Positions 25,924 to 33,261 of a stretch of 33,261 nucleotides of DNA are shown here, piece after piece (positions within the stretch are counted from its first letter, which is position 1; every line of letters begins with the position of its first letter). The DNA comes from a virus (taxonomy: Duplodnaviria; Caudoviricetes). Where the stretch lies: positions 1 to 33,261 of the IMG/VR virus record IMGVR_UViG_3300020382_000130. The stretch is one strand, 5' to 3'. The translations under genes and the position numbers were made by a program. The notes beneath the pieces are model-generated. The model was not told where the DNA came from. It worked only from the letters and a program-made list of their open reading frames with translations, and did not search any database.

Positions 25924-26545
25924 TTGCAGTAGTCTTCTTAGCGGCTTTCTTTACAGTAGGTACTAATTCTTCTGCCTGTCTACGTAATGCAGCAGCTTCT
26001 TTGCTCATACGATCTGCTTGTGAACGAAATTGTGCCGCAAGTATATCATCTGTAATTACGCCATCTTCTGCAACAGGAGCAACATTAGGTGCCATAGCTG
26101 CCATTTCACTAGCAGTAATTGCTGGTGCTGTCACGCTTGATGGCTGCTTAGTTTTACCGGTAGCATCTTTTAAAGCTAAGTCTGCAACACTTACACCTTT
26201 TTGTGCTGCAATAGCTTCATTAAGGTCACTAAGTAAAATAGTTGAATTCTGATTAGGAATCATCTCAACATCTGCTGTTTTAACTTTAACCATCTTACCT
26301 TGTGTATGAAAACGTGCAAGCATGTTACTGCCGTCTGGTAAATTAGTACGCATCATAACAGTCGCCAAGTCATCTGCGTCTTGACCTGCTGCTGATTCAA
26401 CACACTTAATTAGCGAATCGTGATCGGCAGCTTCTAAATTTTCAGTAGTAACTACAACGCATTGATCAGGTTCGCCTGGTAATACTTTGTATGCTACTAT
26501 TACTCGTCTTTGATTTTGAGCCATTCGGCCTACATGCTTTAGCAT
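25916..26545 (-). CDS. Hypothetical phage protein (Ala-rich, coiled-coil-like C-terminus)
   Basis: 209 aa, tightly packed with neighbours. Confidence 0.8.
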   Translation of the reverse strand: MLKHVGRMAQNQRRVIVAYKVLPGEPDQCVVVTTENLEAADHDSLIKCVESAAGQDADDLATVMMRTNLPDGSNMLARFHTQGKMVKVKTADVEMIPNQNSTILLSDLNEAIAAQKGVSVADLALKDATGKTKQPSSVTAPAITASEMAAMAPNVAPVAEDGVITDDILAAQFRSQADRMSKEAAALRRQAEELVPTVKKAAKKTTASA

Positions 26546-26546
26546 A

Positions 26547-26795
26547 TTATGCTCCTTGTTCTGGTTGTTGTTGTGAAACAGCTTCTAAAAATGTTTCTAG
26601 CTTACCATAAGTTTGTCCAACAGTCATCATCTCATTAGGCTTAAACGCGCCTCTTTGACTTGCAACATCAATGATGCTTTTTAATGCTTGGAGATCCTGA
26701 ACAGTTAAGTCGGGACCTTGTGCATCTGGGGAAGCTGCTGATGCTGCCGCCTGGGCCTCTTCTACATTTACTTCAACGTTAGTTTCTTCGCTCAT
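26547..26795 (-). CDS. Small acidic hypothetical phage protein
   Basis: 82 aa with a strong AAGGAGA SD. Confidence 0.8.
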   Translation of the reverse strand: MSEETNVEVNVEEAQAAASAASPDAQGPDLTVQDLQALKSIIDVASQRGAFKPNEMMTVGQTYGKLETFLEAVSQQQPEQGA

Positions 26796-26831
26796 AATTA
26801 TCTCCTTGTATAGTATATATGCGCTGTTTAT

Positions 26832-27113
26832 CTATTTGTACTTTAAATGTGGACAAGCTAACATGAAAAAGCTCATGTCTTTTGTTTCTTCAAAGCCCAC
26901 TGTTAGTACTTGCGTTAGCTTATTGCCACCATCTAATGTTACATTCTTTCCAACATAAAAACGGTGCTTTAAGTTTTTGTTTACCCACTTGACAATAGTA
27001 CCTTCGATATTATATGTCATAGGCAGGTTAACGTACTCGAAGTGCGGCGGCGCTGATTTAGCTTGCCTCACATCGAATACATTTAATGGATTTGGTATTT
27101 TATTTTTGATCAT
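26832..27113 (-). CDS. Hypothetical phage protein
   Basis: 93 aa; ATGA overlap with the VWA gene stop. Confidence 0.75.
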   Translation of the reverse strand: MIKNKIPNPLNVFDVRQAKSAPPHFEYVNLPMTYNIEGTIVKWVNKNLKHRFYVGKNVTLDGGNKLTQVLTVGFEETKDMSFFMLACPHLKYK

Positions 27114-28417
27114 GCTGCTTCATCGTAATGTGCTGTATGTCCAAAGGGTGCTTGTAAGTTCTTATCGTGGTGCGAATGAATAATAAACACTGTGTCACAG
27201 TAGTCTGCATCACCCCAGCTATCCCATGCATACCCGTCTGTAAACATAATAAGCTTCTTAGGAACGTATCCTGTTTCTTTCATGTATGTCCAATTTGCCA
27301 TAAAGTCAGTACCGCCACCACCTATAATTTCGTAGTCGGATAAGTCTTCACCATTATCGGAACTAAAGTCTTGTTCGTTGTATACGTTAGTATCGAAGCA
27401 CCATACTTTAATATTGTAGTCTTGATACTCTTCCATAATGCCTTTAACTTCGCCTAAGAAGTCTGCACCTTGTGTATCTTGTATACTACCTGACATATCT
27501 AAGCAAACAGCAATGTCAATAGTATCTTGGAAGTCCATTCCAGGTAGTACAGCTCCACTCATTTGTCCTTTGCGACTTGGGCGAGTAAAAGTATAGTCAC
27601 TTCTAATTGTGCTTTGTATTTGCTGACGTAGTATTTCACGCCAGTTCATTTTAGGCTCTGTTAGTTCTTTAATCATACGTGCAACTTCGCCAGGTACGTT
27701 ACCAGCACCTGCGCTTTGCGCCGCTGAGATCATGTTCTCTTTAATCTCATCTTTAATCTTTTTCATATCTTCTTTGCTATATGTAGGCTTCTTAGAACTA
27801 GTAGCATTACCGTTAGTATCTTCGCCTTCTCCGCTGTCTTCTGTTCCAGCGTCTTCACCATTTTCAAGATGTTCATCAAGCATTTCGCCAAGCTGCTTTA
27901 GGTATTCGTCGCCCATTTCTTTTGCTTTGTCGTAAACATCGTCATATACTTCTTCTGATGTCCAACCTTCGTATTTAAAGTCTTGATAACAATCTACAAT
28001 GCTTGGAATTGTTCCTATACCATCACGTACTAGTGTATTGTTTACAATGTAGTCTGCGCTAATATTGTATATCATTGCATTGCGATCTTCTCTGCGACCT
28101 ATGTGATCAAATACCATGTGTAAAATTTCATGTGCAACAACAAACTCAATCTCTTTATTATTCATTGCATTAAAGAATTGTGTGTTGTAGTACAAGTTAC
28201 GACCATCAACAGCGGCAGTACCTAGCCACTCATCGGCAGCAACAATACGCAACCGTGTAGCCATGTTGCCAAAGAAAGGATGACGCAATAGCAACCCGAT
28301 ACGTGCAGTAATAATACGATCAAGTACTACTAACCGCATCTCTTCTAATGCTTCGGGTGTAATATTAGGGTCTGGTGTAAAGCCTTTAATTTTACTTTGT
28401 GTGTCTTTAGTACTCAT
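27110..28417 (-). CDS. DUF2201-type metallopeptidase/VWA-domain protein
   Basis: TAAVDG, HEILH (HExxH), acidic linker, DMSGS (MIDAS), GGGTDF, FTDG. Confidence 0.88.
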   Translation of the reverse strand: MSTKDTQSKIKGFTPDPNITPEALEEMRLVVLDRIITARIGLLLRHPFFGNMATRLRIVAADEWLGTAAVDGRNLYYNTQFFNAMNNKEIEFVVAHEILHMVFDHIGRREDRNAMIYNISADYIVNNTLVRDGIGTIPSIVDCYQDFKYEGWTSEEVYDDVYDKAKEMGDEYLKQLGEMLDEHLENGEDAGTEDSGEGEDTNGNATSSKKPTYSKEDMKKIKDEIKENMISAAQSAGAGNVPGEVARMIKELTEPKMNWREILRQQIQSTIRSDYTFTRPSRKGQMSGAVLPGMDFQDTIDIAVCLDMSGSIQDTQGADFLGEVKGIMEEYQDYNIKVWCFDTNVYNEQDFSSDNGEDLSDYEIIGGGGTDFMANWTYMKETGYVPKKLIMFTDGYAWDSWGDADYCDTVFIIHSHHDKNLQAPFGHTAHYDEAA

Positions 28418-28451
28418 TATACTCGCCCTTTCTTTATTAACTTATACATAT

Positions 28452-28480
28452 ATTATAGCATATAATTTACGACTTGTCAA
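28452..28480 (-). promoter_or_regulatory. Consensus sigma70 (early) promoter
   Basis: TTGACA (28480-28475), 17 nt, TATAAT (28457-28452), with TGn. Confidence 0.88.
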
Positions 28481-28489
28481 CCATAAAGT

Positions 28490-28517
28490 AAGGACGAACT
28501 CAAAAGAACCCGTCCTT
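28490..28517 (-). terminator. Hairpin or probable intrinsic terminator after the AAA ATPase gene
   Basis: AAGGACGGGUUC-UUUU-GAGUUCGUCCUU, a 12-bp stem with G-U pairs; the U tail is weak (ACUUUAU). Confidence 0.55.
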
Positions 28518-28523
28518 TTAGTA

Positions 28524-29606
28524 TCAAGCAGCCTGGGCTGCTTTAATATACTTACCATAACGCTCATGGAATTCATCAAAACATTCTACTTCGTCTGGAT
28601 CAATGGGCAAGCTATACTGTGTTAGGGCAAGCTTAATACCCATAACAACTAATTCAGTATCGAAGTTATCCATTGAAAAGCGTAAGAAGTTGTTAACTTT
28701 GTCATCAAACTTCTTATCATTTTTGTCAGCGGCATCCTTTAACTCGTAGCAAAGAGATACAGTTAAGGAGTACATTGCACTAATTTCTTTAGTCTTTAGC
28801 TCTTTTACTTTGCCTGATAGAATGTCACTCGGATTAGGCATCTGTCCAGCAATCTTGCGGTGTGCCATAAACTTAACTGCTAACCCTTCGCCAATAGCAC
28901 CACTAACTAAATCAGTAGTTGTTGTATCGTCCAAGTTGTCATCTAATAATTCTGATACAAAGGACCACGAACGCGGAGTTGCAAAGGACCTGCTTGGAGA
29001 CTTAGGGTCAAAATCGTATAAGTCTTTCTTTGCAAACGTTAAGTATCCTACTACGTCTGTATGGACATTATTAATTACGCTCCACTGGAACCAATCGTTG
29101 AAGTCTACTGCTAATTCTAAGTGGATAAAGCGATTAGCTAACGGAGCAGGCATACGATAAGTAACACCTTTGTCAGCTTCACGGTTGCCTGCCGCAACAA
29201 TCATTACATTATCTGGAAGTGTGTAAGTACCAACTTTACGATTTAAGATCAACTGGTATGCTGCCGCCTGTACACTTGGCGCTGCCGAGTTCATTTCGTC
29301 TAGGAAAAGTACAATGTGATCATACTGTGCCGCAAATTCTGCACTTGGAAGTTCGCTTGGTGCGCCCCACACCATTGTGCCTGAGTTACTGTCGAAGTAT
29401 GGAATACCTTTAATATCTGTAGGTTCCCAAAGTGACAACCGAATGTCGATTAATTTAGAATTTGTGAAGCCCTCACAAATTTGTGCTACAATATCAGACT
29501 TGCCAATACCTGGAGGTCCCCATAAAAAGATAGGACGTTTCTTAGTAAGTGCATGTTTAATACTTGCTTTAGCGCCATTTGGAGTAACTGTACGTGTAGT
29601 TTCCAT
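28524..29606 (-). CDS. AAA+ ATPase (MoxR/dynein-related), partner of the VWA protein
   Basis: Walker A GPPGIGKS, Walker B LFLDE, AAGN, PLANRF, TPRSW. Confidence 0.9.
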   Translation of the reverse strand: METTRTVTPNGAKASIKHALTKKRPIFLWGPPGIGKSDIVAQICEGFTNSKLIDIRLSLWEPTDIKGIPYFDSNSGTMVWGAPSELPSAEFAAQYDHIVLFLDEMNSAAPSVQAAAYQLILNRKVGTYTLPDNVMIVAAGNREADKGVTYRMPAPLANRFIHLELAVDFNDWFQWSVINNVHTDVVGYLTFAKKDLYDFDPKSPSRSFATPRSWSFVSELLDDNLDDTTTTDLVSGAIGEGLAVKFMAHRKIAGQMPNPSDILSGKVKELKTKEISAMYSLTVSLCYELKDAADKNDKKFDDKVNNFLRFSMDNFDTELVVMGIKLALTQYSLPIDPDEVECFDEFHERYGKYIKAAQAA

Positions 29607-29652
29607 AATGTTTTCCCTTTTATCTTAGTGCATTTAATTAACTTATGTAACT

Positions 29653-29681
29653 ATTATAGCACCGTTTTAAGGATTAGTCAA
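29653..29681 (-). promoter_or_regulatory. Sigma70 (early) promoter
   Basis: TTGACT (29681-29676), 17 nt, TATAAT (29658-29653), with TGn. Confidence 0.85.
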
Positions 29682-29697
29682 CCACTTTCTTACCTTT

Positions 29698-30075
29698 TTA
29701 TGGGTTATTTTTCTTATAATCTGCAACTGCTGCCTTAATTGCATCTTCTGCTAGTACTGAGCAATGTATTTTAACTGGCGGTAAAGCAAGTTCATGCGCA
29801 AGATCTGTGTTTTTTATTTGATCTGCTTCATCTAGTGTCATACCTTTAATCATTTCAGTTACTAAGCTACTGCTTGCAATAGCACTGCCGCAACCGTATG
29901 TTTTAAAACATGCGTCTTCCACAATGCCATTATCGTCCACTTTAATTTGTAAACGCATTACATCGCCGCAGGCTGGCGCACCAACCATTCCAGTGCCAAT
30001 ATTCTTAGCAGGATCCCACTTACCTACATTACGGGGATTTTCGTAATGATCAATAACTTTTTCTGAATATGCCAT
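29698..30075 (-). CDS. iscU: Fe-S cluster scaffold protein IscU
   Basis: MAYSEKVIDHYENPRNVG, GAPACGDVM, GCGSAIASSS, LPPVKIHCS. Confidence 0.97.
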   Translation of the reverse strand: MAYSEKVIDHYENPRNVGKWDPAKNIGTGMVGAPACGDVMRLQIKVDDNGIVEDACFKTYGCGSAIASSSLVTEMIKGMTLDEADQIKNTDLAHELALPPVKIHCSVLAEDAIKAAVADYKKNNP

Positions 30076-30095
30076 AGTAGTAGTCTCTTGTTATA

Positions 30096-30102
30096 TATTT
30101 AT
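30096..30102 (-). promoter_or_regulatory. Possible late-type promoter ATAAATA upstream of iscU
   Basis: Overlaps the upstream TAA stop, 20 nt before the iscU ATG. Confidence 0.45.
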
Positions 30103-30479
30103 TCTTTATGTCTATTCATAGCTTTAGTTAAGCCGTATTTGCGTAAGTCGCCACTAAACAGTGTTAACTCAACTGCTTTCTTTTCGTTAGTTACTGTAAT
30201 GCCCATTTTAGTAAGATAATACGGACAGTCGATAAACTGATCCAAGAAGATAATAACTTGTGTAGTAAGTGGCATATCTCTAGCAAACGGTATATCGTAT
30301 GTAGCTAACTCTATCGTCATAAGTGCTTCGAATCCAGTATCAGTTAGACGCAAACCTCCTGAGCCTTTATTTCTGTTGTTCTGCCACCAAATTGGCATAT
30401 ACTCTGATACAGTTAAATCGTTAGTACTTTTACCAAGTTCTTTTAAAAAAATCTTAGTATATGTTTCTTTCCAGTTCAT
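30099..30479 (-). CDS. Hypothetical phage protein
   Basis: 126 aa with ATGA coupling; contains GGLRLT..G. Confidence 0.8.
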   Translation of the reverse strand: MNWKETYTKIFLKELGKSTNDLTVSEYMPIWWQNNRNKGSGGLRLTDTGFEALMTIELATYDIPFARDMPLTTQVIIFLDQFIDCPYYLTKMGITVTNEKKAVELTLFSGDLRKYGLTKAMNRHKE

Positions 30480-30766
30480 TCGTCTGTCACAAGTTCACCA
30501 GCAGTAAGTTTATATACTGCAAAGTCTTCACAACGAAATAACTCGTTTAATTTCTTAGCAAGATTATGTGCATGTCCTGGATTAGAAAAACTAACTTTCT
30601 TATACTTAGGTCCAGGATAGTTTGTAAGTGCATTAGCACTCTTTAAGTTAAATGGTTTAGTTTTATAAAACACTGCCCAAATAGCTTCTGCATCAAGTAC
30701 TTGTTCACTTTTATAAGTAGTGCTGTTAATATTCTCTAAAATAACTGTGGGCTTTGGCCGACTCAT
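30476..30766 (-). CDS. Hypothetical phage protein (MSRPKP...YKKVSFSNPGHA)
   Basis: 96 aa with an AAGGA SD and its own promoter/hairpin region. Confidence 0.8.
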   Translation of the reverse strand: MSRPKPTVILENINSTTYKSEQVLDAEAIWAVFYKTKPFNLKSANALTNYPGPKYKKVSFSNPGHAHNLAKKLNELFRCEDFAVYKLTAGELVTDE

Positions 30767-30830
30767 ATGCGTAATTCCTTTTAATTAACTACGCATATAT
30801 TTATCTATTTAGAGTTATCTACGTAGTTAA
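30765..30830 (-). promoter_or_regulatory. Tandem late-type promoters with mutually exclusive RNA hairpins over the start codon
   Basis: CTAAATA (30812-30806) and ATAAATA (30804-30798); stem 30787-30798/30765-30776 and alternative stem 30820-30830/30785-30795. Confidence 0.6.
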
Positions 30831-31069
30831 AACTTTGAACCACCATCCATTGTAATATTAATCACTTCGTCATTACTCCCGGCAGACTGCTTTACTAACA
30901 GCTCTAAATCGCCGTGTAGTCGACTCATCACAATGCCAAGAGTAAATGCTAAGTTCTTAGCTGTGTTCATATCCAGCTTCATTTCTCTTACATTAGCAGC
31001 TTCTGCTGCCTTAACAGCTTGTAAAAACTGTTGAAGTGGAATAGTGTTTAATGGCTCAACGGTTGACAC
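30827..31069 (-). CDS. Hypothetical phage protein
   Basis: 80 aa, GTG start after AGGAG, overlapping the upstream gene. Confidence 0.75.
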   Translation of the reverse strand: MSTVEPLNTIPLQQFLQAVKAAEAANVREMKLDMNTAKNLAFTLGIVMSRLHGDLELLVKQSAGSNDEVINITMDGGSKF

Positions 31070-31532
31070 GGCTTAACTCCTGACGCATTTCTAAGTCTGC
31101 TTTGAACGGTCCGCGATAATCGTTACGTTCGATAGTAATTAGCTTAGGACAGAAACTTTTAACCCATCCTTTATCGAACTTAATAACATAGTAGCCTGCA
31201 CAATACGCACTTTTACTTTTAGTACTTTTAGTAAACAACGGTAGCTTACGTTTTACATCGTACATAGTATTGTACGGATTTACTTTAGTAGGAAACCCAT
31301 GTACAACAAAGTTCTTTTCAGATATTTCTTTTGCTACTGGAGTAATATCGTTCCATACAATATCAGATCCAAACCGTTTCTTCATTTCATGTGTGTTCTC
31401 AAAGAAACAAGTTTCTATACGATTGCTAAACATATAACGATCATCATTTAACGTCATAGTGCCAATACGTTCTTCGCCACTTTCGATAATCCAAAACTTA
31501 TCTTTTAATACTGACTTTGCTTTTAATGTCAT
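31056..31532 (-). CDS. Hypothetical phage protein
   Basis: ATG at 31532 directly after the RNase H stop; LPLFTK..KSKS..CAGYY..CPK. Confidence 0.8.
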   Translation of the reverse strand: MTLKAKSVLKDKFWIIESGEERIGTMTLNDDRYMFSNRIETCFFENTHEMKKRFGSDIVWNDITPVAKEISEKNFVVHGFPTKVNPYNTMYDVKRKLPLFTKSTKSKSAYCAGYYVIKFDKGWVKSFCPKLITIERNDYRGPFKADLEMRQELSRVNR

Positions 31533-31534
31533 AA

Positions 31535-32554
31535 TTATACCCAATCTGTATGTTTATCTGTTATAGCCATTGCAGGATACCTCGCTGATAGCGGCTCAGT
31601 GTAATAAGTAGCTTGATCTGCAATTCGTTGCATATCCCACTTAGCACAAAATTTCATAAGTCGCATACCTACTTGTGACACAGTCTTAGGTGTCATGTGT
31701 TCTGCAACAACTGAATCAATAATCTCTCTAACATCTGTAGGTTGCGCAGTTAAGTCGCATAGTACTACGTTACGCTGATAGTCATCAAGTACACGATGCT
31801 CGTCACCGTTATGATCAGTCCAACGCTGTAGCATCATATTATTCCAGTTGTAACCTTTTGTATGCTTATCTGCATATGCTTCGTTAAGACCAACTTTATT
31901 CTTAGTACCTTTAGTACGTACACCAGGATAAGCACTAAACACATTGTCACTTGTGTCACCGCGCATACACTTTTCAAACAACATAAAGTCAGGCACAGGA
32001 GCAAGCTTTGCTGCTTTAGTCTTCTTATCTATTACAGGATGTCCTTTGTCATCAAAGTAACCTTCGTGCGTAATAGTTACATTGCTAACGCCATTGTATT
32101 GACGTACTGTAGGACTAACAAGTTGTGCAAAGTCGCCATCAGTACTAATAATAACATGCTTATCATTAGGATGTGATTGTACCCAGCCTGCAATAAGATC
32201 GTCTGCTTCTAGACGTTTGTGTTGCATCACTGTACAATTAGTCTTGTCTGTAACAAAGTTCTTAAACTCGTCAAAGATCTCCCAAAACGCAGTATCTTCG
32301 TCTGCTTGTGTAGGAGTTAGTTTATCACGTGCCACTTGCCTGTTACGCTTGTAAGGCTCGTAATAGTCTTTGCGCCAGCTACGACCTTCTAAGCAAAACA
32401 CAACATGATCAGCATCAAAGTCATTCCATGCTTTCTTAACACTGTTAAGTGTGATATGCAATGCCATACCTACTTTAGTATCAATATCGCCACGTACTAC
32501 GTGTCGTGCTCTAAAGAAGGTATTTGCTGTGTCTACTAGTACATATGTACTCAT
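31535..32554 (-). CDS. rnh: T4-type RNase H / 5'-3' exonuclease (FEN family)
   Basis: LVDTAN.FFRA, WRK..Y..YK.NR, EADDLI, ISTDGDFAQL, GDTSDNV..PGV (H3TH). Confidence 0.9.
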   Translation of the reverse strand: MSTYVLVDTANTFFRARHVVRGDIDTKVGMALHITLNSVKKAWNDFDADHVVFCLEGRSWRKDYYEPYKRNRQVARDKLTPTQADEDTAFWEIFDEFKNFVTDKTNCTVMQHKRLEADDLIAGWVQSHPNDKHVIISTDGDFAQLVSPTVRQYNGVSNVTITHEGYFDDKGHPVIDKKTKAAKLAPVPDFMLFEKCMRGDTSDNVFSAYPGVRTKGTKNKVGLNEAYADKHTKGYNWNNMMLQRWTDHNGDEHRVLDDYQRNVVLCDLTAQPTDVREIIDSVVAEHMTPKTVSQVGMRLMKFCAKWDMQRIADQATYYTEPLSARYPAMAITDKHTDWV

Positions 32555-32583
32555 AAGGTATGTCCTTTATTAAATTATAGTTT

Positions 32584-32612
32584 ATTATAACACCATTTAC
32601 TATAGATGTCAA
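32584..32612 (-). promoter_or_regulatory. Consensus sigma70 (early) promoter for the RNase H operon
   Basis: TTGACA (32612-32607), 17 nt, TATAAT (32589-32584), with TGn; the -35 overlaps the upstream TGA stop. Confidence 0.88.
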
Positions 32613-33001
32613 CTAACTTCTGACTTACCTTTAGCAATAGGAACTACATTAATATAGCCAGCGCCTCGATTGGTGTCTTGGCCATCTGCTTCGAGCATGT
32701 TATGGACAATATCGCGGAACCATCTATCTACAATTTCTTCTTCTGGATCATTCTCGACACCGTAACCTGCTTCAACAAGTTGTGCGATAAAGTATTCATT
32801 CCAGTCAAGTTCAAAGAAGCCATTACGCACATTCTCTTCATTAACTTTAACATCAATAACATTTACCCAAGGCTCCTTCTTGCGTGTGTGATAGTCTTTA
32901 GGATCACGCTGTTTAAGAAGTTCCATCTTTTCAGATTCTACTTCTGCCTTTTGTTCTTCTACTTTGTCTAATCCTGTTATTTTCTTAAAAAAGTTTTTCA
33001 C
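32609..33001 (-). CDS. Hypothetical phage protein
   Basis: 130 aa with EPWV...GFFELDWN..F...GY...IVDRWF; ATGA coupling. Confidence 0.8.
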   Translation of the reverse strand: MKNFFKKITGLDKVEEQKAEVESEKMELLKQRDPKDYHTRKKEPWVNVIDVKVNEENVRNGFFELDWNEYFIAQLVEAGYGVENDPEEEIVDRWFRDIVHNMLEADGQDTNRGAGYINVVPIAKGKSEVS

Positions 33002-33180
33002 ATGTTTCTCCTAACTCGGTTAACTAAATCTTCAGTAATTTGTGCTTGCATTGCTTTTTTATGTTGCTCGTTATGATAACTATCTTTAATTGTTTCCATT
33101 TCTTTAATATTAGGATAATTAGGAACGTCCAGTTCTACTTTTTCCTTCTTTTTAAATAATGATGATATAAATTTAAACAT
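32998..33180 (-). CDS. Small hypothetical protein
   Basis: 60 aa, exactly filling the gap between the queE stop and the next gene. Confidence 0.6.
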   Translation of the reverse strand: MFKFISSLFKKKEKVELDVPNYPNIKEMETIKDSYHNEQHKKAMQAQITEDLVNRVRRNM

Positions 33181-33183
33181 ATT

Positions 33184-33261
33184 CTAAGTTCCTATTGCAT
33201 TACCAAACAAGTAAACATGTACACGAGCTGCTACGTTATAACCTCGTTTAAATGCCATCTC
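33184..33261 (-). CDS. queE: C-terminal end of probable 7-carboxy-7-deazaguanine synthase QueE (partial, not in the ORF track)
   Basis: My translation is EMAFKRGYNVAARVHVYLFGNAIGT*, matching the QueE C-terminal R.H..L.GN..G signature; only 25 aa are visible. Confidence 0.7.
   Translation of the reverse strand, partial: EMAFKRGYNVAARVHVYLFGNAIGT

Noticed and set aside
26547-26795. 82-aa acidic protein with DLTVQDLQAL resembling a Nif11/NHLP RiPP leader
   Set aside because: There is no double-Gly site or Cys/Ser/Thr-rich core after it, the remainder looks like a folded helical protein, and it lies among core genes outside the island.
4576-31544. ORF-track starts at 4576, 10453, 13852, 17726, 23907 and 31544
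   Set aside because: Downstream ATGs (4588, 10516, 13825, 17675, 23901, 31532) fit SD, promoter spacing or stop-start coupling better and avoid long overlaps.
856-32971. Many 60-144 aa ORFs opposite or inside larger genes (e.g. 4193-4627, 11274-11660, 28810-29160, 31862-32176)
   Set aside because: They are nested in or antisense to well-supported genes, mostly have non-ATG starts, and show no motifs.
1-33261. Stop-codon reassignment, CRISPR arrays, tRNAs, introns/inteins, IS elements
   Set aside because: Genes tile the window in code 11 using TAA, TAG and TGA stops. The largest gap is about 106 bp, with no repeat-spacer pattern, cloverleaf, split gene or transposase seen.

Overview
This is an AT-rich, very densely coded fragment of a large tailed dsDNA phage (T4-like/jumbo style, probably aquatic; the IscU is of proteobacterial type). 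It uses the standard genetic code. The left ~24 kb (1-24337) is a block of about 30 tailoring enzymes. It holds 7 radical SAM proteins (one with a Tes/MJ0619-type N-terminal metal domain), 7 Fe(II)/2OG or Asp/Asn beta-hydroxylase-like dioxygenases, a flavin-dependent halogenase, a methyltransferase, a QueC-like PP-loop ATPase, 2 degenerate kinases and a GNAT-like protein. It also holds a class III aminotransferase, an amidinotransferase, an AdoMetDC/SpeD homolog, a nucleotidyltransferase-kinase fusion, a glycosyltransferase-like protein, 2 SGNH proteins and a HAD nucleotidase. The block is built from strand-alternating cassettes driven by back-to-back T4-late-like promoters ((T)ATAA(A/G)TA or CTAAATA), mostly 5-6 nt from the ATG. 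It abuts a tail-fibre-like gene rich in GNVT repeats and N-x-S/T sequons. The right ~9 kb is a minus-strand run of phage genes: hypotheticals, a DUF2201/VWA plus AAA ATPase pair, IscU, a T4-type RNase H/5' nuclease and the 3' end of queE. Four near-consensus sigma70 promoters are present (three in this run, one at 3905). The best candidate new system is a late-expressed, phage-encoded chemical tailoring pathway, plausibly decorating virion proteins or their glycans, with promoter-overlapping RNA hairpins gating translation. Functional calls rest on motif recognition by eye; no searches were run.
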